Shown: positions 1 through 10,491, counted from the stretch's first letter. The stretch is 64,000 bases of DNA from Prosthecobacter debontii (GCA_945869855.1 CAMBQC010000001.1:4849-68848); one strand, 5' to 3'. Program-made: numbers and translations. The notes: a model not told the origin generated them from the letters alone.

Positions 1-613
1 CGCGGGAAAAACCACCTCTTTCTACATGATCGCCGGTCTGATTCCGGCGGAGGACGGCACGGTGCACCTCAATAGTGAGAATATTTCCAAGCTCCCCATG
101 CACCGCCGCGCCCGCCTCGGTCTCGGCTACCTGCCGCAGGAAGAGTCCGTGTTCCGCAAGCTCTCCGTCCTCGATAACCTCCTCGCCATCCTGGAAACCC
201 GCCCCGGCCTCTCCCGCGCCGACCAGATAGCCCGCGCCCACGACCTCCTCGACCGCTTTGGCATCACGAAGCTTTCCAAGTCCTTGGCCATCACACTCTC
301 CGGCGGTGAGAAGCGACGCCTCGCCATCGCCCGCTCGCTCTGCTCCGATCCCAAGGTGCTGATGCTCGACGAGCCCTTCGCCGGCATCGACCCCATCGCC
401 GTCGAGGACATCCAGCGCATCGTCCGCGAACTCCGCGAAAAGGACGGTCTCGCCATCCTCATTACGGATCACTCGGTGCGCGAGACCCTCTCCATCACCG
501 ACCGCGCCTTCCTCATCTACGACGGCAAGGTCATCCTCGAAGGCGCTTCCGAAGAGCTCGTCAACGACCCCATCGCCAGGAAATACTACCTCGGCGAGGA
601 TTTCAGGATGTGA
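1..613 (+). CDS. lptB: LPS export ABC transporter ATP-binding protein (5' truncated by window edge)
   Basis: Frame is open from base 2 (AGKTTSFYMIAG, end of Walker A). Contains LGYLPQEESVFRKL, LSGGEKRR, LDEPFAGIDP, ITDHSVRETL and C-terminal YYLGEDFRM, all typical of LptB. Confidence 0.93.
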   Translation, partial: AGKTTSFYMIAGLIPAEDGTVHLNSENISKLPMHRRARLGLGYLPQEESVFRKLSVLDNLLAILETRPGLSRADQIARAHDLLDRFGITKLSKSLAITLSGGEKRRLAIARSLCSDPKVLMLDEPFAGIDPIAVEDIQRIVRELREKDGLAILITDHSVRETLSITDRAFLIYDGKVILEGASEELVNDPIARKYYLGEDFRM

Positions 614-617
614 GCGC

Positions 618-1415
618 TTACAACGTGCAGATAGCCACTCCCTGTCTTAGACTTGCCAGCTTGTCCGTGTTTTTCGGGATGAATTCCTGGCCGACGTAGC
701 CCTTGTATCCCGTGGCCGCGATGGCGCGCATGATGGCGGGGTAATGGAGTTCCTGGGTCTCGTCGATCTCGTGGCGACCAGGGCAGCCGCCGGTGTGGTA
801 GTGGGAGAAATGCGGGTGGTGGGCGCGGATCGTGGCGATGACATCGCCCTCCATGACCTGCATGTGGTAGATGTCGTAAAGAAGCCGGAAATGCGGGCTG
901 GCGATCCTTTCCGAGAGGGCGACGCCCCACGCACTGTGGTCGCACATGTAGCCGGGATGATCGACTCGCGAGTTCAGCAACTCCATCACCAGCGTGATAC
1001 CGAGTTTCTCCGCGAGTGGCAAAATGCGCTTGAGACCGACGGCGCAGTTTTCCAAGCCCTGCTCATCGTCCATGCCATCGCGGTTGCCGGAAAAGCAGAT
1101 CAGCTGCTTTGCGCCGACCTCCGCGCAGTCTTTCAGTTTCCTCTCATAAACGTCCACCAGCGCATCGTGGTGTTCCAGGCGGTTGAAGGCTTTCTCGATC
1201 ATGCCGACCTTCACGCCGTCCTTGGTGACGGTGGTGGGAAAGGTCACCACCGCGCAGTCCAGGCCGTGTTTGCGCAGCGTCGCGAAGTCGGATGTTTCTA
1301 GTAGTTCGATGGAGCCGATGCCCATGCCTTTCGCCGCGACGCAAAAATCCTCCAGCGGAATGTCAGCGTATGGCCAGCGGCAAACAGAGTGGTTGATCGG
1401 GTTGGGTGCGCTCAT
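618..1415 (-). CDS. hydroxypyruvate isomerase-like TIM-barrel protein (AP_endonuc_2/Hyi family)
   Basis: Motifs MELLNSRVDHPGY, LLYDIYHMQVMEGD, HYHTGGCPGRHE, GQEFIP. Start placed at ATG 1415 (MSAPNPINHSVCRW) rather than the ORF-finder start at 1502. Confidence 0.85.
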   Translation of the reverse strand: MSAPNPINHSVCRWPYADIPLEDFCVAAKGMGIGSIELLETSDFATLRKHGLDCAVVTFPTTVTKDGVKVGMIEKAFNRLEHHDALVDVYERKLKDCAEVGAKQLICFSGNRDGMDDEQGLENCAVGLKRILPLAEKLGITLVMELLNSRVDHPGYMCDHSAWGVALSERIASPHFRLLYDIYHMQVMEGDVIATIRAHHPHFSHYHTGGCPGRHEIDETQELHYPAIMRAIAATGYKGYVGQEFIPKNTDKLASLRQGVAICTL

Positions 1416-1699
1416 GGCGAGGATACTGGACACCGTCCGCATGGGAGGCAATCCAATCAATCCAAATCCCGAATTTGAGCAAAGCATCGTTTTCCAGCGC
1501 ATTGAAAAACAAGAGGAAACGGCGGCTGCGGTTTGAAGACTGATTGATGATCAAAGCTACGACAGACAGGTTGATGATTTTGGAATTTCGATTTTAAAGA
1601 GAAGGCGACTCAACAGCTTGAAGATCGGCTGGTCGGATTCGAAAACCATGGCGGCGCGCGGGTTGACACACCGCTGCGGATCGCAGACTGTGCGCGCAC

Positions 1700-3064
1700 G
1701 TGATTGTTTTCAAAAGTTTATGTAGAAACGTAGGGATCGGGGCAAATTCGTATTCGCTAGAGGTCGGAGGAACTAGGATGGTGCTCGATGCCGGGATGCA
1801 TCCGAAGGAAGAGGGGCTTGAAGCGCAGCCGCGCTACGAACTGATCGGCGACGATACAGCGGAGGCGATTTTCGTGACCCACTCGCACTTGGACCACGTG
1901 GGGACTTTACCAGTGCTCGCCGAGCGGCAGCAAAACGCTAGGATCTTCATTTCCCCGGAGGCCGCTGAGCTGACCCTCGCGATGCTGCACAACTCGGTGA
2001 ACGTGATGGAATCCAAACGCATCGAGCTGGGCATCACGGAATATCCGTTTTTCCGCCATGGCGACCTCGACCGCATGAAAAGCCGCCTCGAGACCATGAA
2101 GGTGGGACGCAAGTTCCCGGTGGATCTGAAAGGCGAGGTGACCGCCGAGTTTTTCGATGCGGGTCACATCATGGGATCCGTAGGAGTGATGTTTGAGGGG
2201 GAGGGGAAAAAGGTTTTCTACACGGGGGATGTGAATTTCGAGGACAGCACGATACAGAAAGGCGCGGTGTTTCCCGAGGGCGAGGTGGACGCGCTGATCG
2301 TGGAGACCACGCGCGGCGAGCAGGCGCGGCGAGCGGATTATTCGCGGCGCGAGGAGGAGAACGCGTTTGCGGCTGCGATCGATGGCGTGCTGAAGCGCGG
2401 CGGTTCGGCGCTGGTGCCGGTGTTCGCGATGGGCAAGACCCAGGAGGTGCTAGCGATGCTACAGCGCTTCAAGGAGGAGGGTTTGGTGGACATGAAAATC
2501 CCCATCTACATCGGCGGGCTAAGCACCAAGATGACCACGATCTACGACAAGTTCAGCGATGTGAGCCGCCGCAACCGCCGCGGTTTCAAGTTTCTCTCCG
2601 ACATGGAGCTGGCGGGCGGGAACAAGCGCCGCGTCGGCCCCATCCCTTTCCACAATGGCTGCATCTACGCCCTCTCCAGCGGCATGATGTCGGAAAAAAC
2701 CGTCTCCAATAACTTCGCCCGACAGGGTGTGTTGGAAAACAAGAAGCACGGCCTGTTTTTCGTGGGTTATGCGGATTCGGAAACCCCCGGTGGCCGCATC
2801 CGCGCGGCGCAGCCCGGCGACAAGGTCTTGCTCGACCCCGCCTATCCCGCTGTCCCGCTGAACTGCGAGGTGCGCGTGTTCGATTTCTCCGGCCACTCCA
2901 CGCGGGATGCCATCGCCGACTACGCGGTGCGCGTGAAACCCAAGAAAATTTTCCTCGTCCACGGTGATGACGGCGCGATGGCGTGGTTCAAGGGAGAGTT
3001 CGAAAAACGCCTGCCAGGTTCCGAAGTCATCATCCCCGAGCCGGGCATGGAGCATGTCATCTGA
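1700..3064 (+). CDS. metallo-beta-lactamase beta-CASP family nuclease
   Basis: THSHLDH, DAGHIMGS, YTGD, ETTRG, FSGH and LVHG beta-CASP motifs. TTGACA at 1663 upstream. Confidence 0.85.
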   Translation: MIVFKSLCRNVGIGANSYSLEVGGTRMVLDAGMHPKEEGLEAQPRYELIGDDTAEAIFVTHSHLDHVGTLPVLAERQQNARIFISPEAAELTLAMLHNSVNVMESKRIELGITEYPFFRHGDLDRMKSRLETMKVGRKFPVDLKGEVTAEFFDAGHIMGSVGVMFEGEGKKVFYTGDVNFEDSTIQKGAVFPEGEVDALIVETTRGEQARRADYSRREEENAFAAAIDGVLKRGGSALVPVFAMGKTQEVLAMLQRFKEEGLVDMKIPIYIGGLSTKMTTIYDKFSDVSRRNRRGFKFLSDMELAGGNKRRVGPIPFHNGCIYALSSGMMSEKTVSNNFARQGVLENKKHGLFFVGYADSETPGGRIRAAQPGDKVLLDPAYPAVPLNCEVRVFDFSGHSTRDAIADYAVRVKPKKIFLVHGDDGAMAWFKGEFEKRLPGSEVIIPEPGMEHVI

Positions 3065-3288
3065 AGCACCGGAAATGTGGAGAGCCGGCGACCATGTGGC
3101 GGAAACAGGGCGTGTTGAAAATCCATGGATTTCCAGCTCCGCGACCTCCGATACAAAACCTGCCGGTTCTCTGAAAAGCGCCGCATACACCGTTTTCCCC
3201 TTCCCTTTCCGCCCTTTCCCGCTCATCCGCGTGCGGAGAATCGACTTCTTCCTTGAGAGTTGATATTTGAAATTTGAATTTTAAGTCC

Positions 3289-5172
3289 GTGTCCACCCTC
3301 CTCTCCGCCAACGAGATCCGCCTCGCCTATTCCTACCAGAACCTCCTCGACGGAGTCACCCTTGCCGTCGCTGCCGGGGAAAAAGTCGGCCTTGTCGGGC
3401 GCAACGGCTGTGGGAAAACCTCCTTGCTCAAAATACTCACAGGCGAGTCGAAGGCGGATTCCGGGGAACTCTCGCTGCGCCGCGGCATCCGCACCGGATA
3501 CCTGCCCCAGGAGTTCGAGCTCGATCCCGATCTCTCCGTCCACGAAAACATCGCCGCCGGCGCCGCGGACATCGTCGAGGCGATCCGCCGCTACGAGAAC
3601 GGCGACGGCACCGAGACCGAGCTCCACGGTTTCCTCGAACTCATCGACCACGCCGACGGCTGGAACCTGGACTCCCGCATCCTTTCGCTTTCCAACGCCC
3701 TCGGCACACCGCCGCTCGAATCCCCGACCGGCCCGCTTTCTGGCGGGGAAAAACGCCGCGTCGCCCTCTGCCGAGCGCTCGCCTGCCAGCCGGATCTACT
3801 TCTGTTAGATGAGCCGACCAACCACCTCGACGCCGAATCCATCCGCTGGCTCGAGGACGTGCTGAAAAATTTCCCCGGTGCCGTCATCTTCGTCACGCAC
3901 GACCGCTATTTCCTCGATGTGATCGCCACCCGCATCATCGAGATCGATGGCGGCCGCGCCTTCTCCCACCCCGGCAACTACACCGCCTACCTCGAAAGCA
4001 AGGCCATCCGTCAGCAGATCGCCGAGCAATCGGAACAAAAACGCCAGAAGTTCCTCAAATCCGAGCTCGAATGGGTGCGCGCCGGTGTCAAAGCCCGCGG
4101 CACGAAACAACAGAGCCGCCTCGACGCCTTCTACGAAATCGAAAGTCAGGAAGGCCCGCCCGAGGAACGCGAGATGGATCTGCTCCTGCCGCCCGCCACC
4201 GATCTCGGAAACATCGTCATCGAGCTGGAAAAAGCAGGCGTCAACGTCGGCACCGAGAAGCATCCGCGCTGGCTGTTCCGCCACCTCGATCTCTCGATCC
4301 GCCCCGGCACCTGCACCGGCATCGTCGGCAAAAACGGCGTCGGCAAAACCACCTTGCTCAAGCTCTGCCTCGGCCAGCTCACGCCCACCGAAGGTTCCGC
4401 CGTCCTCGGGAAACGCGTGAAGATCAATTACATCGACCAGACCCGCATGCAGCTCGACGGCACCGGCTCGCTGTTGGATGAAATTTCCGAAGGCAACGAG
4501 AAAGTCCAGTTCGGCAACGAAACCCTCGGCGCGCGCGCCTACCTCCGCCGCTTCCTGTTCAATAACGAGCGCATCAACGAACGCGTCGATCTCCTCTCCG
4601 GCGGCGAACGTGCCCGCCTGATGCTGGCGAAAGTTTTAAAGACCGGCGGCAATCTCATCGTCCTCGACGAGCCCACCAACGACCTCGACCTGCCCTCTCT
4701 CCGCATGCTTGAGGAAGCCCTCTCCGCCTTCGGGGGCAGCATCCTCGTCGTTTCCCACGACCGCTATTTCCTCGACCGCATCTGCGACCAGGTCATCGCC
4801 TTCGAGGACGGCGGATTGCATGTCACGCCAGGTAATTATTCCTACTATTTAGAAAAGCGTCAGCAACGCGAATCCGCGCTTAAAGACCAAGCCAAGGCCT
4901 ACAAAGCCCTGAAACCCCTGGCAAAAACTACGGAAAAGCCCCGCAAACTTTCCCAAAAGGAGCGTGCCGAACTCGATACCATCGAAGACCGCATCTTCGC
5001 CGCCGAGGACGAAGTAAAGACCATCGAAACGCGCATGAACGACCCCGAGTTCCAGGTCAGCAACTACGAACAACTCCCCGCTGAAATGAGGAAACTCGAA
5101 GCCGCCCGCGCCGCCTCCGCCGCCCTCTACGCCCGCTGGGAAGAACTGCAGGCCATCGCGGACGCGGAGTGA
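3289..5172 (+). CDS. ABC-F family ATP-binding protein (Uup-like)
   Basis: Two NBDs (GRNGCGKT, GKNGVGKT; LSGGE twice; LDEPTN twice), arm/linker and a C-terminal coiled coil ending ARWEEL. GTG 3289 preferred; the TTG at 3274 lies in a heptamer repeat. Confidence 0.9.
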   Translation: MSTLLSANEIRLAYSYQNLLDGVTLAVAAGEKVGLVGRNGCGKTSLLKILTGESKADSGELSLRRGIRTGYLPQEFELDPDLSVHENIAAGAADIVEAIRRYENGDGTETELHGFLELIDHADGWNLDSRILSLSNALGTPPLESPTGPLSGGEKRRVALCRALACQPDLLLLDEPTNHLDAESIRWLEDVLKNFPGAVIFVTHDRYFLDVIATRIIEIDGGRAFSHPGNYTAYLESKAIRQQIAEQSEQKRQKFLKSELEWVRAGVKARGTKQQSRLDAFYEIESQEGPPEEREMDLLLPPATDLGNIVIELEKAGVNVGTEKHPRWLFRHLDLSIRPGTCTGIVGKNGVGKTTLLKLCLGQLTPTEGSAVLGKRVKINYIDQTRMQLDGTGSLLDEISEGNEKVQFGNETLGARAYLRRFLFNNERINERVDLLSGGERARLMLAKVLKTGGNLIVLDEPTNDLDLPSLRMLEEALSAFGGSILVVSHDRYFLDRICDQVIAFEDGGLHVTPGNYSYYLEKRQQRESALKDQAKAYKALKPLAKTTEKPRKLSQKERAELDTIEDRIFAAEDEVKTIETRMNDPEFQVSNYEQLPAEMRKLEAARAASAALYARWEELQAIADAE

Positions 5173-5193
5173 AACGTGGCGGTTCAATCTCCT

Positions 5194-5690
5194 TATACCA
5201 AGGCAAAATAAATAGCTGACAAGAAAAGGATATCCGTGCATCCATGTGCATGATAGGGTCTTGCTAGAAGCCGGGGCTGCCCGAAGTGGCAGCCATCATC
5301 GGGGACTCCATAGCAAGGAGTGCATGGGATGGCGCAAAAATCGGCTTCTTGCCGTCAAGCTTGCCGCCCAAGGGCAAATGACAAGTGCTGAAGTGGCCGA
5401 TGTTTGCAGCATCTCGCGTGGCCATCTTTTCGAGTGGCTCAAGGCGGTCCGCACCGGGGGCATCGAGGAACTCCTAAGCATGGGAAGGCGTGGGCGGCCC
5501 GAGGGCTGGCGCAAAGGCATTTCCAAAAAGGTGATGGAAGCATTCGAGGCCATGCTGAAAGCTGGAGAATTCATTACCATGAAACAGGCGCGCAAGTGGT
5601 TGTCCGAGGAGCATGGGATCGAGACGGACTACCAGAGGGTGTGGTATTGGGCAAAAAGCTCAACGGAGCAAAGCGATTTACCTATCTTAG
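5194..5690 (+). mobile_element. IS630-family remnant (left end plus truncated orfA HTH)
   Basis: TA|TACCAAGGCAAAATAA candidate left end. Protein RLLAVKLA..GQMTSAEVA..WLK..GGIEELL..GRP..WL.EEHGI...VWYWAK resembles IS630 orfA. A-run GCAAAAAGCTC at about 5651, then the sequence runs into yebC; no DDE domain. Confidence 0.7.
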
Positions 5691-5696
5691 CACATT

Positions 5697-6407
5697 CTAA
5701 CCTAAGTTGGTGTAAACCACTTGGACATCGTCATCGTCCTCGATCTTGTCTAGCAAGGTTTCGACATCCTCGATCTGCTCTTCGGTGAGCTCGATGGGCT
5801 GGGTGGGCAGGCGCTGGAGGCCGGATTTCGTGGGCGTGATTCCCGCGGTCTCGATGGCGGCGCAGAGACTGGAGAAGGATGTGTAATCACCGATCACCGA
5901 AACCACGCCCTCATCCACCGATAGCTCCTCAAGGCCGGCGTCGATCAGCTCGAATTCGAGTTCCTCGAGATCTTTCCCCGCCGGCATGGGGAACTCGATG
6001 ACGGACTTGCGGGTGAACATGAAATTGAGCGCGCCGCTGGGGACGATCTCGCCGCCGTTCTTGCCGAGGATTACTTTCAGGTTACCGATGGAGCGGTTGG
6101 TGTTGTCTGTAGCGCACTCGATGTAAAAAAGAGACCCGTGCGGCCCCTTCGCCTCGTAGGCGACTTCGGTGATATTGGCGGCGTCATGGCCGGAAGCGCG
6201 CTTGATCGCGTTCTCAATATTATCCTTCGAAAGGTTCGCCGCCTTGGCGTTCTGGATCGCTACGCGCAGGGATGCGTTCGAATCGGGATCCGGCCCACCC
6301 GCCTTCGCGGCGAGCGTGATGGATCGGGAAAGTTTCGGGAAAATCTTGGACATCGTCGCCCAGCGCGACTCCTTCGCCCTCCGCCTGCACTCGAATGCCC
6401 TGCCCAT
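5697..6407 (-). CDS. yebC: YebC/PmpR family protein
   Basis: GGPDPDSNASLR, YEAKGPHG, TDNTNRS and DDDDVQVVYTN signatures. Confidence 0.93.
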   Translation of the reverse strand: MGRAFECRRRAKESRWATMSKIFPKLSRSITLAAKAGGPDPDSNASLRVAIQNAKAANLSKDNIENAIKRASGHDAANITEVAYEAKGPHGSLFYIECATDNTNRSIGNLKVILGKNGGEIVPSGALNFMFTRKSVIEFPMPAGKDLEELEFELIDAGLEELSVDEGVVSVIGDYTSFSSLCAAIETAGITPTKSGLQRLPTQPIELTEEQIEDVETLLDKIEDDDDVQVVYTNLG

Positions 6408-6417
6408 GGCCGTGAGA

Positions 6418-7515
6418 TCAGTTGGTCACGCGCATCGGCATGAGCACGTAGAGAAAGGAACCGTCGATGCGCAGCACGCCGGGGCTCATCTCGTCGATGA
6501 GGTCGAGATAGACATTGTCTGTATCGAGCGCGCGCAGCGGGGCTTGTAGGAATTCCGGGTTGAAGGCGATCTGCATATCAGGGCCGGTGTAACCGACCTC
6601 AAGGGTTTCCTGTGCCTCACCGACATCCGGCGAGTTCGCGGTAACCTCGATCTGGTTTTCCGTGAAAATGAGTTTCACCGAGTTCGACTTGTCGGAGGAA
6701 AGCAGCGAGACGCGGCGGACGGTCTCCAGCAGGTGCTCACGGGCGATGACGACACGCTCGTTGCTATCGCCTGGGATCACTTGGCGGTAGTTCGGGTAGT
6801 TGCCCTCAATGAGTTTGCTGGCGAGAAATGTGTCGCCAACAGTAAAGGAAATCTGGCTGTCGCTGAGTTTTACCTCCACCTCGCCGACATCTCCCAGCAG
6901 GCGCTGGATTTCCTGAATGGCCTTCGAGGGGATAATGACATCCGTCTCGTGGGAGGCGGGGAACTCCAGATCCATGTCCGCCATCGCCAGGCGGCGTCCG
7001 TCGGTGGCGACCAGCGCGAGCTTGCCTTCGCGGAACGAGGCGAAGATGCCGTTGAGGACGTAGCGGGTCTCATCGGTGGAGATCGCGAATGCGGTCTTTT
7101 TGAGACCGTTCTTTAGTTCCACCTGCGGAATCTTGAAGGTTTTAGCACCTTGAAAGTCAGGCAAGGGCGGGAATTCGGAATCGCTGAGGCCGATGATCTT
7201 GAACGTCGACGGGCCGCTTTTGATGGTGGCATAATTTTTCGCGTCCACGGTGACCTGCACTTCGCTGGAGGGAAGCTCCTTGACGATGCTGACCAGGCGT
7301 TTCGCGGGAAGCGTGGTCGCGCCCTCTTTTTCAATCGACGCCTCCACAGAGCCGGTGATGCCGACATCAAGGTCAGTAGTCGTAAAAACGAGCCGCCCAC
7401 CTTTGGCTACAAGAAGCACGTTTGACAGGATGGGCAGCGTGGAGCGGGAACTCACCACGTGCTGTACTTTTTGCAAACCTTCTAGGAAAACGTCTTTCGA
7501 GATAGTGAACTTCAT
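6418..7515 (-). CDS. dnaN: DNA polymerase III beta sliding clamp
   Basis: STLPILSNVLL, STDETRYVLNG, ATDGRRLA, LIEGNYPNY, YVLMPMR. Start MKFTISK at 7515. Confidence 0.97.
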   Translation of the reverse strand: MKFTISKDVFLEGLQKVQHVVSSRSTLPILSNVLLVAKGGRLVFTTTDLDVGITGSVEASIEKEGATTLPAKRLVSIVKELPSSEVQVTVDAKNYATIKSGPSTFKIIGLSDSEFPPLPDFQGAKTFKIPQVELKNGLKKTAFAISTDETRYVLNGIFASFREGKLALVATDGRRLAMADMDLEFPASHETDVIIPSKAIQEIQRLLGDVGEVEVKLSDSQISFTVGDTFLASKLIEGNYPNYRQVIPGDSNERVVIAREHLLETVRRVSLLSSDKSNSVKLIFTENQIEVTANSPDVGEAQETLEVGYTGPDMQIAFNPEFLQAPLRALDTDNVYLDLIDEMSPGVLRIDGSFLYVLMPMRVTN

Positions 7516-7606
7516 ATGATAGGCACGAACGCTGAGCGTAGTTTCAGCTTTCATCACCTCTTGGCAAGCACTCAGTCATGGCAGCGACAATAAATTTGGG
7601 TTGTCA

Positions 7607-7622
7607 CCACAAGATATGGGGG
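7607..7622. promoter_or_regulatory. candidate NrdR box in the dnaN / membrane-protein divergent intergenic region
   Basis: CCACAAGATATGGGGG fits the acaCwAtATaTwGtgt NrdR consensus at the core C, A, AT, T, G positions. Confidence 0.35.
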
Positions 7623-7709
7623 CTGGCGGGAAATAGGGCACATTTTACGGATCGTCATCGGAAAATTTTCGCCTCGCCGCGCGAGCATCGCAGCAGTTAG
7701 CTTCTCGCC

Positions 7710-8285
7710 ATGACTCGCCTGTTGCCTCTGGCTCTGATCCTCGTCCTGCTTGCCATCTTCCGCCTGATCGGAAGTATGTTTCCGGAAACCCTGCCGAACT
7801 TCCAGCCGCTCGCCGCGCTGTTCTTCTGCGGCGCGATCATGGCAAAAGACTGGCGTGGTTGGGCGGTCCCGCTCGCTGCCTGGCTCGTGACCTATCCGGC
7901 TCCCGCCCTCTTTGAAGGGAATGCAGCATACCTTTCCCCCGGGGTCATCGCGGTTACTGCGCTTGCTTTCACCGCGACGTTTTTCATCGGGAAATCCCTC
8001 AGCGGAAAACACGCCGCCGTCCTGCTTGCGGGATCGGTAGCCGCAGCTTTGGCGTTCCACGTCATCACGAATGGCGCCGCCTGGATCGGCAGCCCGTTGT
8101 ATCCCAAGTCGCCGCTCGGCCTTTGGCAATCGCTCTGGGCCGGCCCTCTCGGCAGCACTATCCCGAGCTGGGTGTTCCTGCGCAACATGACCGCGGCGAA
8201 CCTGCTTTTCACCGCGATTTTCTTGTCCGCGCGTTTCGCCCTTCCCCGCCTCTCGCCTCAAACCCAGCCAGCCGCCGCGAGATAA
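7710..8285 (+). CDS. DUF6580-like putative membrane transport protein
   Basis: About 5-6 hydrophobic segments, PNFQPLAALFF N-terminal motif and FHVITN...W...Y....GL segment. Confidence 0.6.
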   Translation: MTRLLPLALILVLLAIFRLIGSMFPETLPNFQPLAALFFCGAIMAKDWRGWAVPLAAWLVTYPAPALFEGNAAYLSPGVIAVTALAFTATFFIGKSLSGKHAAVLLAGSVAAALAFHVITNGAAWIGSPLYPKSPLGLWQSLWAGPLGSTIPSWVFLRNMTAANLLFTAIFLSARFALPRLSPQTQPAAAR

Positions 8286-8347
8286 AACTTGCCGCCGCCG
8301 CCCTCTGCTCCTAACCAAGCCCCGGTTTCACCGCATCTCCGCCTACC

Positions 8348-9409
8348 ATGTCCGCCCTCGATTTCACCTCCTCACCAATCAACCAATCGCTCACCGCCGA
8401 GAAAAAGATCGGGCTCTACACGCTGATGGTGCGCATCCGCGATTTCGAGATGGCCGCGCTGAAGAGCTATAACGCCGGCAAACTGGGCGGTTTCCTCCAC
8501 GTGTACATCGGCCAGGAATCGGTCGCTGCAGGAACGCTTTCGCTCTGCGGGGAGAACGACCACAACATCACGGCCTACCGCTGCCACGCGCACGCGCTTG
8601 CTTCCGGTATGGCCATGGACGAGTGCATGGCCGAGCTTTACGGGAAAAGCACCGGCTGCTCGAAAGGCAAGGGCGGATCGATGCACTTCTTCGCTCCCGA
8701 CAAGAATTTCTGGGGCGGCCACGGCATTGTCGCCGGACAAACGCCCCTCGGCCTCGGGCTCGGTTACGGTTTGAAATACCTCAACAAAGAAGGTTGCTGT
8801 CTCTGCTTCCTCGGTGACGGCGCGGTCAACCAAGGCGCGTTCCACGAGTCCCTCAACATCGCATCGCTCTTCGGTATTCCTGTCGTCTATGTGATCGAAA
8901 ACAACGGCTACTCGATGGGCACCTCGCAGAAGCGCTCCTCCGCCTATACCGGCTGCCTCGCCCAGCGCGCGGAGGCTTATGACATCGAGTGGGACGTAAT
9001 CGACGGCTCTGACATCTATGAGGTGCGCGCGAAAACCCACATCGCGATGGAGCGCGCCCGCAAGGAGCACAAGCCCACCGTCCTTGAGATCGACACCTAT
9101 CGCTACTACGGCCACTCCGTCGCCGACTCCAAGCACAAGGGCGGATACCGCACCCCCGAGGAGATCCAAGAATACAAGGACAACCACGATCCGATCAGCG
9201 TGTATCGCCGCAGGTTGGCAGCGGAGGGTGTGTTGAACGACGAACTCGTCGCAAGCATCACCCGCGATTCCAAGGCAGAGGCCGCCGCCGCCGTGAAATT
9301 CGCCGAGGATTCCCCTGCTCCGTCGATCTCAGACATCGCTGCGGACGTTTACTGGGAAACCGACAACAACACCGACGCCTCGAAAATCGGCCACCACTTC
9401 TTCGCCTGA
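8348..9409 (+). CDS. pdhA: pyruvate dehydrogenase E1 alpha
   Basis: GFLHVYIGQE, CSKGKGGSMH, TPP motif GDGA..NN, YRYYGHSVAD. Confidence 0.95.
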   Translation: MSALDFTSSPINQSLTAEKKIGLYTLMVRIRDFEMAALKSYNAGKLGGFLHVYIGQESVAAGTLSLCGENDHNITAYRCHAHALASGMAMDECMAELYGKSTGCSKGKGGSMHFFAPDKNFWGGHGIVAGQTPLGLGLGYGLKYLNKEGCCLCFLGDGAVNQGAFHESLNIASLFGIPVVYVIENNGYSMGTSQKRSSAYTGCLAQRAEAYDIEWDVIDGSDIYEVRAKTHIAMERARKEHKPTVLEIDTYRYYGHSVADSKHKGGYRTPEEIQEYKDNHDPISVYRRRLAAEGVLNDELVASITRDSKAEAAAAVKFAEDSPAPSISDIAADVYWETDNNTDASKIGHHFFA

Positions 9410-9444
9410 TACCCAGATTCCCAACTTCCAATCCCTTTCCCAAC

Positions 9445-10428
9445 ATGCGCACTCTTACTTACCGTGAAGCTCTCCGCGAAGGCCTCGATGAAGAACTCGC
9501 CCGCGACCCCAACGTCGTCATCATGGGCGAGGAAGTGGCGCAGTACAACGGTGCCTACAAGGTGACAGAGGGTCTTTGGCAGAAATGGGGCGACAAGCGC
9601 ATCGTCGATACACCGATCTCCGAGGCTGGCTTCATCGGCATGGGCATCGGTGCCTCCATGCTTGGCGTGCGCCCGGTGATGGAGCTGATGTTCTGGTCCT
9701 TCCACTCCGTCGCCTTCGACCAGCTCGTCAACAACGCCGCTTGTGTCCGCTACATGTCCGGCGGACTCTGCCACTGCCCCATCGTCGTCCGTGGCCCAGC
9801 CAACGGCGGCACCAATGTCGGCGCGACCCACTCCCACATCCCCGAAGGCCTCTTCGCCGCCTTCCCCGGCCTCAAAGTCTGTGCGCCCGCCACTCCCGCC
9901 GACGCGAAAGGCCTCATCAAGGCCGCCATCCGCGACAACGACCCGGTCTATTTCATGGAGAACACGCTCCTCTACGGTATGACCGGCGAAGTGCCGGATC
10001 CGGCGGACGGCGATTTCGTCATTCCGCTGGGGAAGGCCGACCTGAAACGCGAAGGTTCCGACATCTCCCTCATCGCCCACGGGCGCTCGGTGATCCATTG
10101 CCTCGAAGCCGCCGAAACTCTCAAAAACGAGCATGGCATCAGCGCCGAAGTCCTCGACCTTCGCTCGATCCGTCCGCTCGATGTGGACGCCATCCTCGCC
10201 TCCGTCGCCAAGACCCACCGCGTGGTCCTCGTCGATGAATCGAAACCCTTCGGCGGTGTTTCCGCCATGGTCTCCCACCTCATCCAGGAGCACGCCTTCG
10301 ACGAGCTCGACGCTCCGATCAAGCGCGTCTGCACCATCGACGCCCCCGCGATCTACTCGCCGCATGTCGAAAACGACCAACTCCCGAACCCCAAGCGGAT
10401 CGTGGAGAAAGTGCTTTCGATGAAATGA
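9445..10428 (+). CDS. pdhB: pyruvate dehydrogenase E1 beta
   Basis: GEEVAQYNGAYKVTEGL, DTPISEAGF, DLRSIRPLD, FDELDAP. Confidence 0.95.
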   Translation: MRTLTYREALREGLDEELARDPNVVIMGEEVAQYNGAYKVTEGLWQKWGDKRIVDTPISEAGFIGMGIGASMLGVRPVMELMFWSFHSVAFDQLVNNAACVRYMSGGLCHCPIVVRGPANGGTNVGATHSHIPEGLFAAFPGLKVCAPATPADAKGLIKAAIRDNDPVYFMENTLLYGMTGEVPDPADGDFVIPLGKADLKREGSDISLIAHGRSVIHCLEAAETLKNEHGISAEVLDLRSIRPLDVDAILASVAKTHRVVLVDESKPFGGVSAMVSHLIQEHAFDELDAPIKRVCTIDAPAIYSPHVENDQLPNPKRIVEKVLSMK

Positions 10429-10463
10429 GGAAAAGCGGTGCGGGAACTCCGCGAATTTCCCCG

Positions 10464-10491
10464 TTGCGCATGTTCTAACTCAGGTTAGAAT
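10464..10491 (+). promoter_or_regulatory. sigma70 promoter with palindromic operator for the TA operon
   Basis: TTGCGC-N16-TAGAAT with ATG only 6 nt after the -10. The inverted repeat TTCTAAC-tcag-GTTAGAA (10473-10490) overlaps the -10. Confidence 0.65.
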
